IMG/VR virus record: IMGVR_UViG_2698536480_000007
Source: a virus
Taxonomy: Duplodnaviria; Heunggongvirae; Uroviricota; Caudoviricetes
DNA length: 13,226 bases
Direction: 5' to 3' (one strand)
The position numbers and the translations under genes are program-made. Below are positions 7,152-13,226 of the stretch, in pieces. Each line of letters starts with the position of its first letter. Position 1 is the stretch's first letter. Under the pieces are notes generated by a model, which was given only the letters and a program-made list of their open reading frames with translations, did no database searches and was not told where the DNA came from.

Positions 7152-8076
7152 TGATTTTTGCGCCTTTATTCTGACTCACGGGCGACCGGACAAAGTTCTG
7201 ACTTACCGAACGTTGCGTCGTGCTGGCTATACCGGGAAAATTTTTATCGTTGTTGATGATGAAGATAAGACACGGCATCAGTACATGGCTGAATTTGGTG
7301 AACAGGTGCTGGTGTTTTCCAAAACCGATATCGCCAGTCGTTTTGACGAAGCCGATAATTTCTGTGACCGCCGCTCAATTTTTTACGCCCGTAATGCCTG
7401 TTTCGACCTGGCAAAACTGGTCGGGTGTAAATACTTCATTCAGCTCGATGATGATTATCACGAGTTCCAGTTTCGGGTGGATCGCAACTATGACCAGGCC
7501 TATTTTCCGATAAGGAAACTGGATGCGATCCTTTCTGAAATGCTGGCGTACTACGAATCAATACCTGCTCTTTCCATCGCTATGTCGCAGGGCGGGGATT
7601 TTCTTGGTGACAATGGCGGCCATGCTTCGTGGGTGAAACGCAAGGCAATGAACAGCTTTATCTGTTCGGTTGATCGACCGTTCTCATTCATGGGGCGCAT
7701 TAACGAGGATGTGAATACGTACACGAATCTCGGTCGCTGTGGTGAATTGTTTATGACGATCGGTGCTGTCCAGTTAGGGCAGAAACAGACGCAGAAAAAC
7801 AGCGGCGGAATGACCGAGCTGTATCTGGATTCCGGAACCTACGTTAAAAGTTTTTACTCCGTCATGTATGCGCCGTCGTGCGTAAAAATTTCACTGATGG
7901 GTGCCAGCCATAAACGCATTCACCATCAGGTCACCTGGAACAACGCTGCAGTAAAAATCCTTCACGAAAAATACAGGAAGAAGACACCCTGCATATCAAT
8001 GGGGGTGACAAATGATTCCGTATTCGAAAGTCGAGTCTCTGGCAGCGTGCCGGATGACTGCACAACAAATCGCTGA
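7144..8076 (+). CDS. hypothetical protein with GT-A-fold glycosyltransferase-like motif pattern (YdaY-position protein)
   Basis: 310 aa from ATG 7144, preceded by GAGGAGGAGG and overlapping the upstream ORF by 8 nt. Motifs AFILTHGRPD, IFIVVDDED, FIQLDDDY (DxD-like) and GRINEDVN fit the order seen in nucleotide-sugar transferases. No TM segments. Assignment from motif pattern only. The last ~25 aa look non-protein-like. Confidence 0.45.
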   Translation: MRDDFCAFILTHGRPDKVLTYRTLRRAGYTGKIFIVVDDEDKTRHQYMAEFGEQVLVFSKTDIASRFDEADNFCDRRSIFYARNACFDLAKLVGCKYFIQLDDDYHEFQFRVDRNYDQAYFPIRKLDAILSEMLAYYESIPALSIAMSQGGDFLGDNGGHASWVKRKAMNSFICSVDRPFSFMGRINEDVNTYTNLGRCGELFMTIGAVQLGQKQTQKNSGGMTELYLDSGTYVKSFYSVMYAPSCVKISLMGASHKRIHHQVTWNNAAVKILHEKYRKKTPCISMGVTNDSVFESRVSGSVPDDCTTNR

Positions 8077-8263
8077 CGTTCTGGATGTTGATCTGAACCG
8101 ACTGAAAGAAAATCGGGAAGCAATGACAGATTTTTATGCGGCCATCCGTAAGGGCAGAGCGAAAGGTGAAGCCGAGTTACGAGCGGCATTGTTTAAGCTT
8201 GCCAGAAAAGGGGATGCCTTTGCTCTGCGCGAACTACTCAGGGTGGATAAAAATCAGGACTAA
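8012..8263 (+). CDS. small helix-turn-helix-like protein, possibly terminase-small-subunit-related or regulatory
   Basis: 83 aa (69 aa if from ATG 8054): ...MTAQQIADVLDVDLNRLKENREAMTDFYAAIRKGRAKGEAELRAALFKLARKGDAFALRELL. Stop TAA 8261-8263 lies 3 nt before the next ATG. From 8012 it overlaps the upstream ORF by 65 nt, so the true start is uncertain. Confidence 0.35.
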   Translation: MIPYSKVESLAACRMTAQQIADVLDVDLNRLKENREAMTDFYAAIRKGRAKGEAELRAALFKLARKGDAFALRELLRVDKNQD

Positions 8264-8266
8264 CTG

Positions 8267-9031
8267 ATGAGCAGACCGGACTGGGGGGCGTTGCAGCAGG
8301 AGTATATTGCTGAATACACCCGCTCCGGTATATCTCCGGTGGCATGGTGTGAAGCAAGGGGACTGAATTACGCAACAGCCCGTCGTTACATCAAAAAAAC
8401 TCCGAAAAATGCGCAGACAGAAATGCGCAAAACTGCGCAAAAAAGTGCGCAGAAAAAATCTGCGCAGACTGCACAAAAGCGGAACGAAAAATCTCAGGAA
8501 AAAAAGCCAGTATTCGATGCGGGCCTGAATGAGGGCGACGCGGAGGAATTTTCGTTCTGTCCCGATGAATTCGGCATTTCTGACCAGCAGGCTAAGTTTG
8601 CGATGCTTGTTGCTCAGGGTAAAAAGCCGACAGAGGCGTACCGACTAATGGGGCTTCGTGAAGAGATTCAGTCAGAGGTTGCCGCTGCTTTTGATGAGGA
8701 TTTAGCGGACGCCGTGAGTGATTTTTCTGGTTCTTACGTTACGCACCGGCACTGGGATCCTGTGACGGAAACTGGCGGCGAATCCACCGCAATCTATACC
8801 GGGCGAGGCGTGTTGACACGTTATAAGCTGGGCAGAATTGATGGGATTAATATTTTGCATGGTGACCTTAAATTAACCGCTCTGGTATGCGAGGTTACGG
8901 ATAAACCAGCTGTCGACCATATTATTGAGATTTATGATCCTGTATCAAGGCAGTTACAACGATACGAGGTAATTACAGCAAGTGTAGATCCTTCCGCATC
9001 AGTTTACTCTATCCAGTTAAGGAGAGCGTAA
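8267..9031 (+). CDS. chimeric ORF: terminase-small-subunit-like N-terminal region fused to a head-tail joining (adaptor)-like C-terminal region
   Basis: 254 aa. N-terminal HTH-like segments (SGISPVAWCEARGLNYATARRYIKK and ISDQQAKFAMLVAQGKKPTEAYRLMG) separated by a K/Q/A-rich linker. C-terminal ~95 aa (…HIIEIYDPVSRQLQRYEVITASVDPSASVYSIQLRRA) resembles head-tail adaptor proteins by pattern. Followed directly by tail genes with no terminase large subunit, portal or capsid ORFs. Confidence 0.45.
   Translation: MSRPDWGALQQEYIAEYTRSGISPVAWCEARGLNYATARRYIKKTPKNAQTEMRKTAQKSAQKKSAQTAQKRNEKSQEKKPVFDAGLNEGDAEEFSFCPDEFGISDQQAKFAMLVAQGKKPTEAYRLMGLREEIQSEVAAAFDEDLADAVSDFSGSYVTHRHWDPVTETGGESTAIYTGRGVLTRYKLGRIDGINILHGDLKLTALVCEVTDKPAVDHIIEIYDPVSRQLQRYEVITASVDPSASVYSIQLRRA
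8410..8475 (+). repeat. cluster of palindromic TGCGCA hexamers phased with A-tracts
   Basis: TGCGCA at 8410, 8424, 8434, 8446 and 8461 plus variant TGCACA at 8470, each preceded by A-runs. Encodes the linker ...NAQTEMRKTAQKSAQKKSAQTAQK. Confidence 0.6.
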
Positions 9032-9412
9032 ATGGCAAAGGCATGGGATATAGAACCGTCAATATTTGCCGGGATGATTGAGGAAGATGTAGGGCTGAAG
9101 ATTCGCTACATCGCTATGCAGATTCTTACTGCTATTGATATTGCTGCTCCGGTTGATACCGGACGTTTCAGAAATAACAACCTGGTGTCGTTACAGCATC
9201 CCGATTTTGGTATATCTGATAACGTGGATCCGAACGGTACGATTGCTGTTCAGCGTGGGATCGGGGTTATTTCGAAAGCTGCAAATTACGGGGTTATTTA
9301 TATCCAGAATAACCTTCCTTATGCAGAGGCTCTTGAAAACGGTCATTCACAACAAGCGCCAACTGGCGTGTATGCCAACGCTTTTCATGGTGTTTTACAG
9401 GCTTACAAATGA
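9032..9412 (+). CDS. HK97 gp10-like tail-component (head-tail/neck) protein
   Basis: 126 aa with AAPVDTGRFRNN and NNLPYAEALENG motifs typical of the HK97 gp10 family as recalled. SD AAGGAG; ATG immediately follows the upstream stop. Confidence 0.55.
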   Translation: MAKAWDIEPSIFAGMIEEDVGLKIRYIAMQILTAIDIAAPVDTGRFRNNNLVSLQHPDFGISDNVDPNGTIAVQRGIGVISKAANYGVIYIQNNLPYAEALENGHSQQAPTGVYANAFHGVLQAYK

Positions 9413-9801
9413 AGTTTACTGAAATCAGAAATACGGTTATTTCCAGAATGACGGCACAGACGATTATTGATGGAAAAGACGTATTGTATCCGAACGGGCC
9501 AACGTTCGATCCTTCCGGTAAGTTAATCTGGGCGCGGTTAAGTAATATTCCCGGGCAGGCTGGAGTTAATGAAATTGGCGCGGGGCCGGTTGTTTATCGC
9601 ACGGGGATAATCATTATTCAGTTATTTGTCCCCGCAGGTTCTGGTTCAAAACTCATTACTGAGACAGCCGATAAATTGCGGGAACTGTTTGAGTTTCAGG
9701 ATGACGATCGTCTCAGTTACCAGGCTGTTTCCTCAATAGCCGTCGGCGAAAAGAATGGCTGGTTCCAGCTTAATCTTCAAATTCCATATCGCGCGCTCTA
9801 G
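9409..9801 (+). CDS. tail-terminator / tail-completion-like protein (DUF3168-type position)
   Basis: 130 aa. ATGA overlap with the upstream gene. Sits between the gp10-like gene and the major tail gene, the conserved siphovirus order. Assigned mainly by synteny. Confidence 0.45.
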   Translation: MKFTEIRNTVISRMTAQTIIDGKDVLYPNGPTFDPSGKLIWARLSNIPGQAGVNEIGAGPVVYRTGIIIIQLFVPAGSGSKLITETADKLRELFEFQDDDRLSYQAVSSIAVGEKNGWFQLNLQIPYRAL

Positions 9802-9827
9802 CGCAATTAATGACATAGGAGGCTCCT

Positions 9828-10757
9828 GTGAGTTCAGGTGCAAAGGTTATCTCGGCATTTATCCGGGAGACAGTTGCAGGCACTACGCCAGCAAGTGGTG
9901 ACTGGAGTTTATTAAAACGCACAAGCTGGGGAGTAAAACCCACCCAGAATAAAGGCGAAAATAATGAGATTGGTGGCTCCCGGATGGCTCAGGGGGCGAC
10001 GCCTGGCACTGTGGATGTCGGCGGTGATGTTGGTACCAAATTTCGCTGGGGTCAACATGATGATTTTCTTGCATCCTGTTTCGGCGCGGAATGGTCAGGC
10101 GATTCTCTGACAATGGGGAATGAGCGAATAACATTTTCTCTGGCGACCTATGCGTCCGATGTCGGAATTGCCTCTGTCGTCAGAGGAGCGCAGGTTGGCT
10201 CATGGAAAATGCAGATCCCTAACGACGGCGATATTACAGCGACCGTAACCTTTGCCGGGCTGGGCTGGGAATCAAAGGCCGATGATACGAATTTTATCAA
10301 AGGCGAACCTGTGGATAGTGCAGGAAAGTTACGCTATTCGTTTAAGGAGGTTTCAGCAGTAAGCCTGAATGGTGTTGCCGGAGGTAACGGTTTTTGTATC
10401 GACAGTTTTGATATTCAGTTCGATAACAAACTCCAGACACAGCGTTGTATCGGGACTGGCTCGCCTTATGCAGGAGCAAATATTCCGACTACTTTTACAC
10501 CGTCCGGTACGGTGACGCTTTCATGGTCTAAAGCCGCGTGGGAAATCTGGAGTAAAACACTGACTGGAGAAACAGTTCCGTTCAGCTTCACGCTTTCGAA
10601 TGGAGAGGGGGCATACACTTTCAGTTTCCCGAAGGTTCAGGTGTCAGGTGAATGGCCTGATGGGGGTAATAGCGACATTATCCAGGTTCAATTGAGCATT
10701 ACCGCAGCAGATGAAGCACCTACGATAACCAGAAAAAAAATTCCCCGGCTGCCGTGA
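9828..10757 (+). CDS. major tail (tail tube) protein
   Basis: 309 aa, GTG start 5 nt after AGGAGG. Beta-rich Gly/Thr/Ser-rich composition and position immediately upstream of the chaperone G/GT pair. Confidence 0.6.
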   Translation: MSSGAKVISAFIRETVAGTTPASGDWSLLKRTSWGVKPTQNKGENNEIGGSRMAQGATPGTVDVGGDVGTKFRWGQHDDFLASCFGAEWSGDSLTMGNERITFSLATYASDVGIASVVRGAQVGSWKMQIPNDGDITATVTFAGLGWESKADDTNFIKGEPVDSAGKLRYSFKEVSAVSLNGVAGGNGFCIDSFDIQFDNKLQTQRCIGTGSPYAGANIPTTFTPSGTVTLSWSKAAWEIWSKTLTGETVPFSFTLSNGEGAYTFSFPKVQVSGEWPDGGNSDIIQVQLSITAADEAPTITRKKIPRLP

Positions 10758-10837
10758 TCGCAAAAGCCAGTGCTGAGGCGATTAGTTGATTTTCCGTTAT
10801 TCCTCCTGTGGTACTGCCCTACAGGGGGACGCATTGA

Positions 10838-11299
10838 ATGAGGTTATGGATGTTTATTCTTAATCAGAAAATTATCATTGGTGGAGAACGCTGGTTTACG
10901 CCAATGAAGGACTTAAAACCTGTAGACGGGTTAAAACTGTTGGTGGCAAGCAGCGATAACGATCAGTATCGCTCCCGTAATGCATTAATCCGTCGCCACA
11001 TTGAGAAAATGGATGCCAGTTTGCACGTCGGAACGAAGGAGTTTGATATTTCAAAGGTTTCCGAGGTGGATTCTGTTGATGATTTACTCATTGATAATGC
11101 CGCTCGTTATCTGCTGAAAGACTGGAAAGGGGTTGGTGAACTGGTTAATGGTGTTGAGGTTGCACTGGAATATACGGCAGAACGAGGGATCGCGCTGCTT
11201 AAGCAGAATCCAGAGTTGTACTGGCAGATCCTTGCAGAAGCAGCCAGCATCGCCCAGGGTAAAGAGCAGCAGAAGCAGGATACGATAAAAAAGCCATAG
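10838..11299 (+). CDS. tail assembly chaperone (lambda gpG analogue)
   Basis: 153-aa acidic protein ending ...DTIKKP with the slippery heptamer A-AAA-AAG (11287-11293) two codons before its stop. Start could instead be an internal Met. Confidence 0.6.
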   Translation: MRLWMFILNQKIIIGGERWFTPMKDLKPVDGLKLLVASSDNDQYRSRNALIRRHIEKMDASLHVGTKEFDISKVSEVDSVDDLLIDNAARYLLKDWKGVGELVNGVEVALEYTAERGIALLKQNPELYWQILAEAASIAQGKEQQKQDTIKKP

Positions 11300-11607
11300 C
11301 TGCCCAGCGGTGGTTATCGGAGTTCGGGGGAGAAAGGGGGGAAAAGGCAAGATGGAAGCGAGAAAAACTCAGGTTGCCACCGATACCGGAACCAGAAATA
11401 GACCCGGTGCTTAAGGAGTTGTTGTACGCCTATTCGGTAATATCCCGTGCCCGACGTTATGCTGGAATGGCTGGGGTGCCTTTGCCTTTATCTCTGACAG
11501 AGATAAATGAATATTTAGCCACTCATCCGGTATTGATTGAGCGCGATGAATTTGAAGCAGTGATCTTTGCACTGGATGACCAGTATTTTCAGGAGCAGTG
11601 TGTGTAG
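10838..11607 (+). CDS. tail assembly chaperone GT-like fusion made by programmed -1 ribosomal frameshift
   Basis: The -1 frame is open from 11263 to the stop at 11605-11607. Slipping at A-AAA-AAG (11287-11293) continues ...KK-AIAAQRWLSEFGGERGEKARWKREKLRLPPIPEPE... to 11607. The ORF-track ORF 11374-11607 is the tail of this extension. Confidence 0.5.
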
Positions 11608-11727
11608 TTGTTAATTACGTACACTCTGTTACAGAGATGTGATGGTGTCTTTAATTAAATCGATGATGCTCCTGGAGAAAAGCATTGCGTGGCCTCGTAA
11701 TCGCTATATCTACTATTATGTCGCCTG

Positions 11728-11753
11728 AAACCCACTTCGCGGTGGGTTTTTTG
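11728..11753 (+). terminator. intrinsic terminator-like hairpin between chaperone genes and the next ORF
   Basis: Stem AAACCCAC (11728-11735) / GTGGGTTT (11742-11749), loop TTCGCG, then TTTTGTTG. Confidence 0.45.
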
Positions 11754-11772
11754 TTGTCAGGAGTTTTAATAA

Positions 11773-12642
11773 ATGGCAGAGCAAACCTCGCGTCTCGCAA
11801 TAATTATTGATAGCACTGGAGCGAAAAATAATGCTGACAATCTGACCTCCTCATTAGTCAAAATGACGCAGGCTGGGGAAACTGCTGCAAATAGCGCAGG
11901 GAAAGTGACTAAGGCAACAGAAGATGAGAAGAACGCGCTCGCAAAATTAAAAGCAGCTATTGATCCAGTTGGTGCCGCAATTGATACTGTCGGTCGACGC
12001 TATTCTGAATTAAAGAAATTTTTCGATAAAGGGCTTATTGATAAAGAAGAATATGAATTTCTTGTCCGTAAACTTAATGAAACCACAGAGGAATTGAGCG
12101 GGGTTGCGCAAGCGCAGAGAGAAGCCGAGAAGGCCGGAAAACTTGCTGCCGCCCAGCAGGAAGCGCAGGCTCAGGCCTTTCAAAGAATGCTGGACAAGAT
12201 CGACCCTCTGGCTGCGGCGCTAAGAAATCTTGAACAACAGCATGATGAACTTAATGCTGCGTTTGCATCCGGGAAAATAAATGGTTCTCAGTTTGAGAAT
12301 TATAGCCGAAAAATACAGGAAACACGGCGAGAGCTTACCGGAGAGGCTCAGGCAGAGCGAGAAGCAGCAAAAGCGCATGATGAACAGGTTGTTGCTTTGC
12401 AACGTCTGATTGGTCTGGGCATTGGCACGATGGCGAATACGAACTCTGCTGGCGCGCATACCCACTCACTGTCCGGCACTGCTGCAAGCGCAGGTGCACA
12501 CGCACATACTGTCGGTATTGGTGCTCATACGCACTCCGTTGCGATTGGTTCACATGGACACACCATCACCGTTAACGCTGCTGGTAACGCGGAAAACACC
12601 GTCAAAAACATCGCATTTAACTATATTGTGAGGCTTGCATAA
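11773..12642 (+). CDS. chimeric ORF: tape-measure-like N-terminal coiled-coil region fused in frame to the C-terminal receptor-binding tip of a lambda Stf-type side tail fibre
   Basis: 289 aa. N-terminus [20 protein letters not shown]... and helical Q/A/E-rich repeats fit a tape-measure N-terminus and position. The last ~65 aa ([66 protein letters not shown]) match the lambda Stf / T4 gp37-type HxH tip from memory. Stop TAA 12640-12642 overlaps the tfa ATG. Confidence 0.55.
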
Positions 12643-13226
12643 TGGCATTCAGAATGAGTGAACAACCACGGACCATAAAAATTTATAATCTGCTGGCCGG
12701 AACTAATGAATTTATTGGTGAAGGTGATGCATATATTCCGCCTCATACAGGTCTGCCAGCAAACAGTACCGATATTGCACCGCCAGATATTCCGGCAGGC
12801 TTCGTGGCTGTTTTCAACAGTGATGAGTCATCGTGGCATCTCGTTGAAGATCATCGGGGTAAAACGGTTTATGACGTGGCTTCCGGCGACGCGTTATTTA
12901 TTTCTGAACTCGGTCCGTTACCGGAAAATGTTACCTGGTTATCGCCGGAAGGGGAGTTTCAGAAGTGGAACGGCACAGCCTGGGTGAAGGATACGGAAGC
13001 AGAAAAACTGTTCCGGATCCGGGAGGCGGAAGAAACAAAAAACAACCTGATGCAGGTAGCCAGTGAGCATATTGCGCCGCTTCAGGATGCTGCAGATCTG
13101 GAAATTGCAACGGAGGAAGAAATCTCGTTGCTGGAAGCATGGAAAAAGTATCGGGTATTGCTGAACCGTGTTGATACGTCAACTGCACCTGATATTGAGT
13201 GGCCTACGAACCCTGTCAGGGAGTAA
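12642..13226 (+). CDS. tfa: tail fibre assembly protein Tfa (lambda-type)
   Basis: 194 aa [51 protein letters not shown]..., near-identical to lambda Tfa as recalled. Follows the Stf C-terminal tip. Confidence 0.85.
   Translation: MAFRMSEQPRTIKIYNLLAGTNEFIGEGDAYIPPHTGLPANSTDIAPPDIPAGFVAVFNSDESSWHLVEDHRGKTVYDVASGDALFISELGPLPENVTWLSPEGEFQKWNGTAWVKDTEAEKLFRIREAEETKNNLMQVASEHIAPLQDAADLEIATEEEISLLEAWKKYRVLLNRVDTSTAPDIEWPTNPVRE

Noticed and set aside
7962-8476. Minus-strand ORFs of 75-80 aa
   Set aside because: Antisense to + strand genes, with no start context.
9135-9422. 95-aa alternative-frame ORF inside the gp10-like gene
   Set aside because: Hydrophobic low-complexity shadow translation within a coding gene.
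9883-10134. Minus-strand ORF antisense to the major tail gene
   Set aside because: His/Pro/Ser-rich shadow ORF.
11084-11350. Minus-strand ORF antisense to the chaperone gene
   Set aside because: Antisense shadow overlapping the frameshift region.
12220-12987. Several ORFs on both strands overlapping the tape-measure/Stf chimera and tfa
   Set aside because: All are alternative frames of genes with clear protein-level matches.

Overview
This window is the late region of a mosaic, almost certainly defective lambdoid prophage (Rac / lambda / phage-21-like) from an Escherichia-type genome. Essentially all convincing genes are on the + strand. Order: nin-region end (DUF1367-like, YbcO-like) -> Q-like antiterminator with a terminator hairpin -> phage-borne tRNA-Thr(UGU) and tRNA-Gly(UCC) -> ~780 bp ORF-free, hairpin-rich segment -> lysis cassette (S21-type dual-start pinholin, YdfR-like protein, SAR-type GH24 endolysin, lambda-type Rz with embedded Rz1) -> AT-rich TrkG potassium-transporter cargo gene -> tightly coupled ParB-like + GT-A-like gene pair of unknown function -> small HTH-like ORF and a TerS-like / head-tail-joining chimeric ORF (no terminase large subunit, portal, protease or capsid genes) -> tail genes (HK97 gp10-like, tail-terminator-like, major tail, chaperone G/GT with an A-AAA-AAG -1 frameshift site) -> a 289-aa ORF joining a tape-measure-like N-terminus to the lambda Stf C-terminal HxH tip -> lambda-type Tfa. 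The best candidates for something undescribed are the ParB-like + GT-A-like pair, the antisense ORF between holin and endolysin, and the ORF-free structured segment downstream of the tRNAs. All identifications come from reading the translated ORFs and from remembered family sequences; no searches were run and the confidences reflect that.
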